In this document: positions 27,301 through 40,526 of the stretch, piece after piece
Layout of the letters: every line of letters starts with the position of its first letter
Numbering within the stretch: position 1 is the stretch's first letter
Source of the DNA: Eledone cirrhosa
Taxonomy: Eukaryota
Direction of reading: 5' to 3'
Length of the DNA: 64,000 nt
Assembly (NCBI GenBank): GCA_964016885.1
Contig: OZ024750.1
Location: 3,844,001 to 3,908,000 of the forward strand
Translations under genes and position numbers: made by a program
The notes under the pieces: generated by a model
Database searches by the model: none
What the model was told of the DNA's origin: nothing
What the model saw: only the letters and a program-made list of their open reading frames with translations

Positions 27301-28624
27301 TAAAATAATATAAGAGGTTGAAGCCTTTATTATAATAACCAAGTATTTTCCAACAACATGTACGTGTAAGGTAAAATTATGAATAGAAAATTAAACAATA
27401 ATTATTCCAAAATACATTAGCTTATTTATAGAACATTAGCTTATTTCTTGCCTCTTGTAGAACCCTAGGGTTCCGTAGAGGAACACCAATTGAGAAATGC
27501 TGGGTTAGAGTGTGAAACGACAGATAATAGAAAGAGGAAATGTTTAGACTAGGGAATAAGTTTCATGTCACCGACAGAGCAGCCGACATCAATATTGTTA
27601 GCTGGTGTGAAGTTTTCAAATAATTGTTGAATAAATCAACAATACTAAATATTGAATAAGAAATATAACAATGACTAACACAGATAAACACGTTTTATTT
27701 TTTACTTTTTACTTAACATTATTTTGTATTAGCAGAATCGGTGGAGAGTCGGACACCGTGCTTTGTAGCATAGAGTTACGTCCCTTTACGTTATGAGTTC
27801 AAATCCCGCCGAGGTTAACTTTGGCTTTCATCCTTATGGGGTCGATAAAATAAAGTACCAGTAATACACTGGGGTGGATTTAATCGACTTCGCCTCTCCC
27901 AAATTAGCCTTGTGCCTAAATCAGAAACCATGAAATTTGAAAAAAAAAAAGTTATAATTATTGTATGTATGCCATACTACTTAATATATACACTAGCAAA
28001 AGTATACTTTCAAAATTAATCGTCATATGACGGCTAAAATTCTCGATTAATGATAGTTCAAAATAATTGTTTCTACTTTAGGCACAAGGCCAGCAATTAC
28101 CCAGTGCATTACTGGTACTTTATTTTATCGACCCCGTAAGGATGAAAGGCAAAGTCAACCTCGGCGGGATTTGAACTCAGATCGTAAAGGGACGTAACTA
28201 TGCTAGAAAGCATGGCGTCCGACACTCTACCGATACTGCCAATCCACCGCCCTAGTTCAAAATGATAGTTCAAAATAATGCTGCCCACTTATTGGAACCC
28301 CGTGAGGTGGGGTGGTTGTTGTAGCGGGTGTCTCTGGTCATTCTCCGAGGTATCACTTTTGCCGTTTTGTCTAACTTTTCAGCCGACCCTTGTATTATTT
28401 CCACTGGGATGTAACCTTTATTTCTATTGGGAAGCATTGTTTTAGATTTCTGCTGAAAAATATTTGAATATTTTGATTTATTTTCTATGACAATGTTAGA
28501 AGTAAATTACAAGTTTTAACTTCATAGTTGCTGATGTTTAACATATGAGAGTATATTACAGATTCGCGAAAAGGAGATGTGATTGGAAAGCGAATATCAT
28601 AATAGATACACATTACTACACATA

Positions 28625-29573
28625 CAGTGGCGGACTGGCCAGGTTGCCCAATGGCAAGAAGGCCCCAGGGAGCCCACTGTAGCATTGCAAGAGCCCACTG
28701 TAGTATTTAGGGGCCAATGCTTTGCTTTTAAAAAAACCCTGAAGTCTAAGAGAAAGAATAAAATAAAAAATAAAATAAATAAATAAAACAATTGAGCAAG
28801 GCATTTGGTCAACCAAGGAGGAGGGGGGGGTGAGGTGGAACAGAAATGAAACATGGATTGCAGGTTAAAATATAGTCTAGATAAATGTGAAACAAAACGA
28901 GGAATGATTTAGGAGTCGACCTTAAGTAGGAGCAATAACATTACGAAAGACATGAACGACACCACAGCACTTTGTTTTGAAAGTAGGTTTATAAGTATGA
29001 ATTTTCATTAGATATTCATAGTAGTCTCTGTGGCCTAACGGTAGGTACTAGAGACGGTGGAGATCCTGGTCTTGGGTTCAATCCTGGTCAAGAGGTACAT
29101 GTAATCGTTTTCAGTTTTTATTTTACAACCCATAAAGAAAAAAAATGAAAAGGAGACCCTACTCCTGACCAGGATCGAACTTCAGACCAGGATCGCCACC
29201 GTCTATGATCCCTCCAAGTCGGCCACCGAGACAGCTACAAAAGTATAATGAAAATTGATAATTATAAACCTACTTTCAAAATCAAAGTTAAAAAGATGTT
29301 GTGTCGTTCATGGCTTTCCTAGAGCTATTAGTAATATTTAGGGTCGACTTCTGGTCATTATTGAAAGTCTCTGGATTTCGCAAAATACATAATATTTTTT
29401 ATTGGAGAAGGTAAGATATTTTCCCGCAAAAATTTGATTGCACTGTTTTGTTTCCACTTATGTATTTTTCGAAAATGTTATTTATTCATTATAAAAATTA
29501 AATGATAGCATTCTATATGTAGGTGGGCCCCCTTCATCTGGCAACCAATATTTTTAGATCTAGTCCGCCACTG
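28625..29573. mobile_element. Non-autonomous hAT-type DNA transposon
   Basis: TIRs CAGTGGCGGACT (from 28625) and AGTCCGCCACTG (to 29573). 8-bp TSD TACACATA / TACACAAA (7 of 8 match). No transposase ORF. Confidence 0.7.
28903..29360. repeat. Long imperfect inverted repeat with two convergent tRNA-like cassettes
   Basis: Arms about 28903-29095 and 29160-29360. tRNA-like units at 29024-29094 (+; TGGCCTAACGG, GGTTCAATCC) and 29162-29232 (-; TGGCCGACTTGG, AGTTCGATCC). Confidence 0.7.
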
Positions 29574-32339
29574 TACACAAACATACACACACACTCGACA
29601 AATAAAAATCCTAATCCTAAATAAATTTAAAACAAAATTGAGTTTATTGTTTGAGAGGTTCATAACAATTTTCTCTGCTCTATCTTATATCTAAAAGAAC
29701 GAGAAAACATTTGCTGTTAAAAAATCTAAAAACAATCTTTGCAGTATTTCCAAGAATGCAAGGGAAGTAATCAGTTAGTGAATGATCGAAGGGAAAGCAT
29801 TCTTTGCTGCACTGTATAATTGAAATGATACATCTACAGTTTTTTTCCTCTTCTTTTTGTTGATTTGTTTCTTTTGTAAATCATAATCACTATATAATTT
29901 AATAAACGCTATTTATTTGTTGAATAAAAATATTTTATGTAAAATAATTTATCTTAGTAGGCCCACCCTTTTCCAAGATTTATAGGAGGGTAGGCTGAAA
30001 AGTTCATAGGCTGACTATGGAGTGATGCTAATGTCAAATCTTGCATGTATTCATTTCAATTCTTCTTTAAAAAATAAACTTCATTTGGTCGTCCCATCAG
30101 AGTATCTATCGTTCATCACTATAAGCAGTAGGTATATAGCTTATTGCTTTAAGTAGTAACTATGTATGGGGGATTACTCACTTTGCAATGAGGTGCGAAA
30201 TTTCCCCCACCAAAAACACCAGCTGCAAGTAGACTAGCTTACATATTAGCAAATAGAAAGAGAGAGAGAGAGAGAGAAGGAGCGAAACTTCAACATATTT
30301 TCCCCACGATGGTGCAACAAACTTAGATAATGTTCTCTTGTAGGAGGCTCACGGCACTGGAGTGTCCCAAAAGAGGACAGTTCTAAAAGCCATCTGTTTA
30401 ATGTTTCTGGGCAACCAAATTCTTATATGTAGAAGAGATTTTCGACCCCCAAAAGGAAGTCAGCTTTCGACTCTGCAACAAACAGACAGCTTGTTTACTG
30501 AGCCTTGTGATGTAGCCACACACACTCACTAGTCAGCCCTGCGGACAAGACCGCAAAAGCATTCTAGCGGACAATGGCCAGCGACACCCGCTGCAACTGA
30601 CACCCCACCTCACGGGTTCCTTTTTCAAACGGATTGCTGACGTTCCGATTACCTGTTTATTGGAAGGTCAAAAGGCGACGATGCTGACCTCAGCGGGATT
30701 TAAATTCACAAACGAGAGAGACGATACCAGATACTCGACAATATTTCTCCACCCAAAATATTAACCATTATAGTGCAATATGATCATTTACACACTTTTA
30801 CAAAGTTGTTGTTGTTGTTCTGAACTGCAGTAACCTACCAATAAATATAATATAATAATATAAAATACATGTTATATATTTGAATATCAGATTACAATAT
30901 TTATAAATGGTGCAGAATATGTGAAATTACTTTAAAAGTGATCTGAAATATAACCTAACCATGACACAACCAAACCAGCATGTTCCATATTTGCTTGGTA
31001 TATGTGACGAAAGTACATCGACAATTAATAATTAAACGATTCTCCGATTACTAAACTAACCGCTGAATTGATGAATTGATTAGTTACTCAACTAATAATA
31101 AACTGAAGTGACACTGAACTGGTGCATGTGTTTTTATTGGACTGACCGCATGACCCCACCAAAGTATAATTTGAGATTCACCTAAAGTCTAACCAATAGT
31201 AACTCGTTAATCCCAATTTAAAAGGAGAGGAAACTTTAGAAGATTCACTTTCTGAATAAAGACGGCATGGTCACAATTAGAGCGCTTTTAATATATGCAC
31301 CATAGCTGTATTCACCCCCACTCATTACTCTCGCCTCCACAAAGTATCTTCCTCGCCACCACCACCTCGTCTTAGTCCTGTTTTGCCAAGAAGTTGTTCT
31401 GCAATATTCTTCACATATCGATTTCTAATTTAGGCAAAAGTCCAGCAAATTTTTGTGGAACTGTACAAAGTTAATTAAATTAACCCCAGTACATTACTGA
31501 TACTTTATTTTATCGACCCTGGAAGGATGAAAGACAGTTAAACAGGGCGGGATTTGAATTCAGAATGTTAAGAACCAGAACAAATACCACAATGGCATTT
31601 CAATCTAATACTTTACTAATTCTGCCAACCCACTACTCTTCATAGAATGACCAAGATACTCTCATGGAATGATCAAATGAGGTTTATTTTTCAACATAGT
31701 CGCTGAAACCCCCCCCCCCCCCCCAAAACAATGCAGTTATCAATAAGAAGAGTTGAAAATAATGCATGCAAGATTTCACAGCTCTAGCATCTCTACAATA
31801 TATGACAGTAGGTTGAAAAGTTCATAGGTCTACCAAGACACTCATGGAATGACCAAATGAGGTTTATTTTTCAACATAATCCCTGGAAAAAAACAATGCA
31901 GTTATTAATAAGAAGAGTTGAAAATAATACATGCAAGATTTCACAACATTAACATCACTCCTTCATAGTCAGCCTATGAAGATTTCTGCCGACCGACTCT
32001 CATAATATTGATACCATAAAGTTAGTTATGAAAATGTGTTGGTGGTTTGTTTCATTTCATATTCACCAGCTATCGAATACTTTAGTGGTTTTGATATTAT
32101 TTACAGCAACTGTTGGATAAGAGCCTGCTTTGCTGGAATCGTGCAATGTGGGACGTGTAAGATGCAACGCGTGCCAAAATACAATTTGATTCATTTACTC
32201 TGCAGCTTCGTAATGTATTTATGTGAGGCTAACTGAGAATTTATATCGTAGTTCACATTCCTTCATTCTTTTGCTAAATATTTGTTACATCTGACGGTTA
32301 ATGATATATATATACATACATATATATATAAATATATAT

Positions 32340-32348
32340 ACATGCACG

Positions 32349-32386
<38 letters not shown>

Positions 32387-32640
32387 CGCACACACGCACA
32401 CACACACAGACACACAGACACACACAGACACACACAGACACACACAGACACACACAGACACACACAGACACACACAGACACACACAGACACACACAGACA
32501 CACACAGACACACACAGACACACACAGACACACACAGACACACACAGACACACACAGACACACACAGACACACACAGACACACACAGACACACACACACG
32601 CAGACACACACACACGCAGACACACAGAGAAAGAGAGAGA
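32340..32640 (+). repeat. (CA)n / (CACACACAGA)n compound microsatellite
   Basis: Directly visible in the sequence. Confidence 0.9.
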
Positions 32641-34079
32641 GACTATTAAATGCAAGAAAGGAAAGTTCGTAGTCTCAAATCAGACCTAAAGTGTCTATTA
32701 TTAGTATTGTTTAATGGTTTGGTTTCTAATTTAGGCACAAGGCCAGCAATTTTGGAAGAACAGGAAAGTATATTACTTAACTGGTACTTTATTTTATTGA
32801 CCCCGGAGGGATGAAAGGCAAAGTTGACCTCGGCAGGATAACAAAATTGTTTAATACCAGTCAAGTACTGGGGTCGATTCTTCCTCTATATCTCTTTCTC
32901 ACTTCAATTCTCTCATTTTCTCTCCCCTCTCTGGAAGAAATCTGCTGTATTCAGACCTGGAAAGGAGTTCAATTCCACCAGATTAAAAAATAATGCCCCA
33001 GAAATGCCACAGCGCCTCCTTACGACTCTCTTAGGAGTTATAGGGCTATGCATGTATTTTTGAGATGAATGAATACAACATTCGTTGCCATCAAATGATA
33101 TAGTGAGAAACATATTATTTTAGCAGCGGAATATCTGTGTTCCACAGTTTTAACACAGATGGAACTGTTCTATGATATATTAACCATCCCACATAGCTTA
33201 AATCAGAACTAAGACTCGGATTTAATAGTGAAACCAGCTGAGCAGTGATTGTGCGAACGTTTTGTATTTGCTTTTCTAATTTAGGCACAAAGATAAACTG
33301 AGCAGCCATCGACCATCCCATCTTTTTCTATATTTAAGACTATATCATCCAATGTGTCCTTGTTTTTAAAGGTGGTTTGGTTTGTAGAGTCGGATAAAAG
33401 GCTTTGCTGTATTCGTTCTGGTTCTCTTCGCTCTCAGTTCAAACCTTACCGAGGTCAACTTTGCTTTTTATCGAGATCCAGTACTGACCTTTCCCTTTCC
33501 CTTCAAATTGCTGGCCTTATGCCTAAAGTAGAAACGATTATTATTATTATTATTATTATTATTTTTATCATGATGTAGGGCGGTGATTTGGCAGTATCGG
33601 TAGAGCGTCAGACACCATGTTTTGTAGCATAGTTATGGCCCTTTACGTTCTGTTACAATCCCACCTAGGTTAGCTTTGCCTTTCTTTCTTACGAGGTCTA
33701 TAAAATAAAATACCAGTAATGCATTGGGGTCGATTTAATCTATTTTCCCTTTCCCTTGAAATTGCTGGCCTTGTGCCTAAAGTAGAAATAATTATTGCTA
33801 GAGTCTGGGTCACGTGTAAGTAAATATACGTAACTGCTTCAATTCAGAGAAATGGCAGCCGCCATTGCTTTTCTTAGTCGTAAACTGATTTGTAATTCAG
33901 ACATGGTGTCTTATGTTAAGCAAATCTTCCCATAAATATTATTGACAGCGCCGCTATAGAACAGCAATTGCTGTGACAATTACAGTTGCATTGGTTTATA
34001 AATATGGAAAATACAACGTTAGCATTTGTTAAAATATTCAAAGAAAAGCATAAACACAGCTTCAGTGCTTGCAGGATAT

Positions 34080-34695
34080 TTTCACCGTGGACTTAAAAGA
34101 AGGAATAGGCGTTGGAATTCGAGGGAGGTAGAATACTAATGGTACTTCATGGTGGTAGAGACAGCTGGGGTTGCACAACAATGGAGAGGGGTGTATGTAT
34201 GTTCTTCTGGTTTTATAATTTCACAAAGTTTTACCAATAGAGAGAGAGAGAGGGTCGGTTTCTAACATAGACACAAAACTCTTTCATTGGGGTTTAGACA
34301 ACATCAACTAGGTAGATATGTATGTCTGCATGCATGTGCGTGTGTGTGTGTGCAGGTATGGATGTTATTGTATGTGTGGATATGTATGTTTTGAGTTGTG
34401 CATGTGCATATGCTTTGTATCTGTACGTGTGTATATGCAGTTATTAGATGCAGAATTTTTTGGAAGGTTTTACATATTTTTACTGTTCCATTAATAGATT
34501 GTACTTGTAATTTCCTAACTAGTTGTGTTCTTTCTGTTCCTGTGAAGCCCAGCTTCTCAAGATTTGTACTGAGGCAGTTACTAACATACACCAGGGCTTC
34601 AATAATCACAGGTATAAATCTGAAGGTATAGTCAGGGTGGAGTATCTGGAAATTCCTCATTAGTCCTGCATAGATATTCTCCTTTTCGCTAATCT

Positions 34696-34700
<5 letters not shown>
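34080..34700 (-). mobile_element. 3' end of an RLE-bearing non-LTR retrotransposon (R4/Dong/NeSL-like)
   Basis: KISEKENIYAGLMRNFQILHPDYTFRFIPVIIEALVYV...LEKLGF...LVRKLQVQSINGTVKICKTF, followed by a 3' UTR with (CA)-rich repeats; 5'-truncated next to (TA)n. Confidence 0.6.
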
Positions 34701-34740
<40 letters not shown>

Positions 34741-35381
34741 GTATGTATGTAAAAGGGAAACAGAAATAACAACAGGGGATGTGTGTGTGTGTGTAACTCC
34801 TGGTGGAGTCTTAGGAACACACTTTTCCGCCCCCCTTCTTACATCATACGACACACACGAGGGCCGAGGTGCACAGTTTAGAAACCCCAGACTTAGAGAC
34901 TCTCTCGACATTTTGTTGAAACATAGTGCGGAATTTTTGAGATCTGTTTCTAGGAGATTTCCCAATTTAGTTACCATAACTTCTCAGGTATAATATATAT
35001 AATATTATATATACTACATATATATATAAGTTTTCAGAAATAATTTCTCTGTCATTAACTACAAAAAATGTTTCAAATACTCACCGAAACACAACCTCCA
35101 TTAGCCTTGCCGGTAACATGAGCAGAAGAGAGAAATTCCGTTGTTGTTATTATTTATTCATTATAAATGCATTGAAGCTGACAGAGACACTCCATACAAG
35201 TGAACGGCATGGAACGTATGGCATGGTATTGGATATCCTAGTTGAGCGCACTCGCACATATTGTCTCTCTCTCTCACACACACACAAACATACAGACACA
35301 CACACACAGAAACATACAGACACACACAAACGAATACATAAATATATCTATATATCTATACACATAAATGTTTACATGAAT

Positions 35382-35423
<42 letters not shown>

Positions 35424-36167
35424 ACGCACACGCACACACACACGAATGAAAGAGTTACCTCTATGGATGTATATTATATCAGTTTTGACGACAATTGGTG
35501 TGTAGTTGTCTGATCAACTGATGTAGCTACTTATTGAATTAGTGTTGTAAGTGGTTGAGTATTTCATAGGCACGTGTACTCTTAAAGTATTTCTCTGTGT
35601 GGACGTCTGTCACATTGTGTGTGTGTGACAAGGCTGAATCTTTTTAATTACAGCTAGAGTCTGTTCTATGAGCTTCCACATAGTTCCACAGCAGACAATT
35701 TCACTTGGGTCAACCCGGCGTTTCAGTAAGACACTGAAAATGTCACACTGTCGGATCGAACCCAGGTCTTCGTGATTGCGAAACGAACTACATCTACCAC
35801 CACACACACACACACATGATAATAATAATTGTTTCTACTTTTGGCACAAGGCCAGCAATTAGCCAGTGTATTACTGGTACTTTATTTTATCGACCCAGTA
35901 AGGATGAAAGATAAAGTTAACCTCGGCGGGATTTGAACTCTATGCACCACAGCATGGTGTCAGACCCTCTACCATAATAATACAAGGACGATTTGTTATG
36001 TCTTCAATACGTTTATTGACTGGTGACGCGCGTTTCGTTATTGATCAGCTCAATTTTCCATCTCTATCGATTTGGCTCGACTCTGGAATCAAAAGCTCGT
36101 CGGACCCCTGCTGCGGTAATGACAGTGCTCACCTGGGTGAACCTACAGTAACTGCATGTTACACTCC

Positions 36168-36226
<59 letters not shown>

Positions 36227-36553
36227 GGTCGTAGATATAGTTAGTTTCGCAATCGAAAAGATGAAAGGCAAAGTTGAGCTTGGCGGGATTTGAACTCAGA
36301 GAGCCGGAACAAATACCGCAAGTATTCTATCCAATGTATTTTAAAAATTCCAATTTTTAAGCGGAACATTGAAAATGTTCAAGGTTTTTCTAAATTGAAG
36401 CATGAAGCTCGACCCTTATATTCCAACGATGAAACTTTCTTTCTTCGTTAGAAATCACCCCATCTTTATAGAGGATGACTAAAAAATAAACTAAGAAAAG
36501 AGGGTCTCTCTCTCTCTCACACATTAAAGATAGGGGGCGCACAGGACAAAGAC

Positions 36554-36585
<32 letters not shown>

Positions 36586-36664
36586 CATCATCATCATCGT
36601 CGTCGTTTTTACGTCAGCTTTAAAAAAACCACAATGTTGCTGATGATGGTACACACACACACAA

Positions 36665-36706
<42 letters not shown>

Positions 36707-37405
36707 GGACGTACGTGTATACATACTTTCGATGCTGGAGGTATTTGAAAGTGCACTATTCTAATTTAAATATTTCTGCTATCTTCTCTCATCTACCAAA
36801 AGAGATTCCTGCTGTGTTACATGTACAGTACATCAGGAAGGTTCTTTTAAGTCTTTTGGAAGTTATTTGCTGCAATCATTTTGAAAATATATCGCAGAAT
36901 GTTTAAAAAAATGCATTCTAGTTGTTATTTTTGTTCTACTCTAGCTTCAGTTCTGTCTTTATCGAGCAGACCCATTCACGATTAAAGACATATTTTAGTA
37001 ATGGATATCATCTTCTCTCCTACGAACCCTACCGAAAAAATATCCGACCTTTGACTGGGAAAAGAAATGACATACTTGGTGGGTTTTAATTGCTAATCCC
37101 CTTCGACGAGGCCCATTGTACGTCTACACTCTTAACCCAGAGTTCTTTTCACTGATCGAAGCACGTCTGGGATGGTTCGTCTGCCGCCGTAATAAGCACG
37201 ATGCCTTCTCGGCTCTCAAAGCAGGGTCGGTGGGGAGTCTTTCAGTGATATCTTCATTTTTGGGAACAATCAGAAGTCAGAAGAAGCCAAGAAACCTTCG
37301 ACGACTGAGCCAGAGCATTGATATGTTGTAGCTGCCAGGTTTACAGATCTAATCTTTTGAAATAGCCGTCGAAACGGCTTGATCTCTGCCGTCGGGGTCA
37401 TACTT

Positions 37406-37450
<45 letters not shown>

Positions 37451-37510
37451 GTGTGAATGTATATATATTATAACGCATCCATATATATATGTATAATATA
37501 ACACGCACAT

Positions 37511-37552
<42 letters not shown>

Positions 37553-37786
37553 ATGTGTGTATGTGTGTATCAGGGGTGAGAAATATTAAAAGAGAGAGAG
37601 GGAGAGAAAGTATCCAATGACCTCCTAGGAGACCCAAGTCCTTGTGGGCTCATCATGTGACTGTCTATTTAAATGTTTATTTGGGCATTTGACATTTAAC
37701 AATAAACATTAAAAAAAGACTGCTTTTTGAAACAAACAGTTAAAGAAACTGTCTCTACTAAAGGGACACACGCACATACATAGACA

Positions 37787-37853
<67 letters not shown>

Positions 37854-38164
37854 GAGGTAACATTAATATTGGTAAGAGTGTGTATATATAAGTACAATTG
37901 CAAACACACACACAAACACACATGAATGGCTTGCATAAGAAGTATAATGACGTTCACAGTCTTTTATATATATACGCACACATACGCACACACACATATA
38001 TATATATATATACACACGCACACATATATAGATATACACGCACATTTATTGATTGCGTTCCATAAGCATATGTATCGATTTATGTATGTGCGCACACACA
38101 CACACGCACACACACACACACGCACACACACACACACACACACACATGAACATATACATGTGTA

Positions 38165-38195
<31 letters not shown>

Positions 38196-38202
38196 ATATG
38201 TG

Positions 38203-38236
<34 letters not shown>

Positions 38237-39251
38237 GTGATGCACACACATTGTTTAATAGAATAGACTGCTGTAAGGTATCCAAGTCAGAACGACTCTT
38301 TTTCTTTCTCTCTTTCTTTCCTTCCTTTCTTTAGTCTTTGACACGATATCACTCAGTTAAACGAAATTTCAGGCCATATATATTCCTATAGTTGAATTGA
38401 AATGGCTGTTTTTGTTTTGGCATTTTGACGTTATGCTGTGACGCCGTCCGCTTTTGGTCCAGTCGCCCGGCGGGAAGTTTGTTTGCTTGATAATATAAGG
38501 TTGTCGGTTGAATGTTTTAGCTACCATTGTTGTTTATAATATTTTAAACAGATAAGGGAGTTGGAGGGACTTGCTTTAGACGAATGGTTTCAGCAGATAT
38601 TTCTATTTTATTTTATTTTTATTTCATTTTATTATACATATTTCAATCTTTATTTCCATTCTCTTAAACGACCCGAAAGTTCTGTGTAATGTTAGCTTTT
38701 ACTGAAACAAGTCAACATGCATTGAATTTTTCCATTTGTTATTTACTTGTAAAAAGAAAGAGAGAGCTCCCTCTTTCGTAATAACGAGAAAATAAAAAGC
38801 AACACTTGCTATAGTTAGTCCAGCCGTTTAAGGTAGTTTTTTTCTTCTTCCTTAACGAAATTGAAAGCTTTTTTTTTAGTCTGTTTAAGAGAATAAATAA
38901 TTTTTAGTTTCTTGAATATATTGTGTATTATTTCATTACTTTTTGATAGGTGGAAGAAAGATATATCTTAAAGTACATCACCATCATCATCGTCGTCGCC
39001 ATGATGATGATGATGATCATTGTTATTATAAAGGCGGTGGATTGGCAGAATCGGTAGAGCGTCGGCTACTATGCTTCACGGCAAAGAGTTACGGCTCTTT
39101 ACGTTCTGTGTTCAAATCCCGCCGAGGCTAACTTTGCCTTTCATCCTTACAGGGTCAATAAAATAAAGTACCAGTAATGTACTGAGGACGAATTTACGCA
39201 TTTTTGGTCATTACTATAGCCTGAGGTTCCCCCAATATTGCGAGTGAACCT

Positions 39252-39395
39252 TAATGGCAGTGCACCTTAAGGACAGTGGACCTTAAGGACAGTGCACCTT
39301 AAGGGCAGTGGACTTTAAGGGCAGTGGACTTTAAGGGTAGTGGACTTTAAGGGTAGTGGACTTTAAGGGTAGTGGACTTTAAGGGTAATGGACCT
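39252..39395 (+). repeat. 16-bp tandem repeat (about 9 copies)
   Basis: AAGGRYAGTGSACYTT units. Confidence 0.85.
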
Positions 39396-40478
39396 AGTCG
39401 GATGAAATACATTGCAGTATTTCGTTACGATCCTCTACGTTCTGGTTTCAAATCCCGCTGAGGGCAACTTTTGCCTTTCATCATTCCGGGGTCGATAAAA
39501 TAAAAAAAAAACCTTCAATATAAGTCGAGGAATATGTAACCATAAAATAAATCGATGGTAGGGTGTTTTGCTGCCCAATAATTCTTATATAATCGATAGT
39601 TTTACATAATATTGTGAGATCTTGTATATTGGTTATGTCGGTCTTTAGTTGCTACGTTGATTTACTTTGAATAAAGGAAGTTGCGAGTTATTTTTTCCTT
39701 GATATCTTCACAATAGACACGTGTATCTAGTATTCATTGCTGTGGAACTTCACACAGACAACACACCATTCTAACGACTATGGCAGATCTATACATACTC
39801 CATCATCTAGCAATACCAGTGATAACGTAAATACCACAGAACAGGGATGGTGGTGGTGGTTATAGTGTTGGTGTTGTTGATGGCGGTGTTGGTGGCGGTT
39901 GTTGTGTTGGTGGAGGTGATTGTAGTGTTGTTGTTGTTGGTGGCGGTGGTGGGAGTATTTCACCCTTCTTCCCTCTATCTAACGGTATGTAATATAATAT
40001 ACTAGACAGAGCAACAGTATCATCGAAGTGCCGTTTAATGATGGTATGTTTAAGTTCATTAACTTTTAAAGTCCCTTATAAATTCAAGCTGTGGAGTCCT
40101 TAAAAAAAAAAAAAAAAAAAAGAGAACATTCTTAGTTTTAAAGAAATTTGTTCGAAATCAGCTTCTCTCGCTGCGAAACAGCAATAATGGGGCCACCAGA
40201 GATGAATGTATTTGTCTTAATGTCACAACGTATCAAAGGTGAGTAGTGTCACTTTTAAAATCTCACTTTTCTCTTGAATTTACATCTTTTAAGTGTTTCT
40301 GCAAAAGTTGTTGAGTTGTTGGTTTGCATGCATTTCAAATAATTTCGTAGAGAGAGAGGGTGGAGGACAGAGAAGTGATACCCCCCCCCCACCCACCTTT
40401 TAAAAGTTTGTTTACAATATATACAGATGGACGAGTATTTAAATATACATCTACGTATGTATGTATACGCACACACAA

Positions 40479-40526
<48 letters not shown>

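Noticed and set aside
29024-29232. tRNA-like units as true tRNA genes
   Set aside because: Acceptor and anticodon arms do not form a canonical cloverleaf, and the units lie inside a transposon-like inverted repeat.
32263-32689. Long ORFs such as (VC)n, (HT)n and (YI)n here and at 1840-2079, 37.4-38.3 kb, 40.2-40.7 kb, 48.0-48.8 kb and 57-63 kb
   Set aside because: Translations of CA, TA and CACACACAGA microsatellites; not genes.
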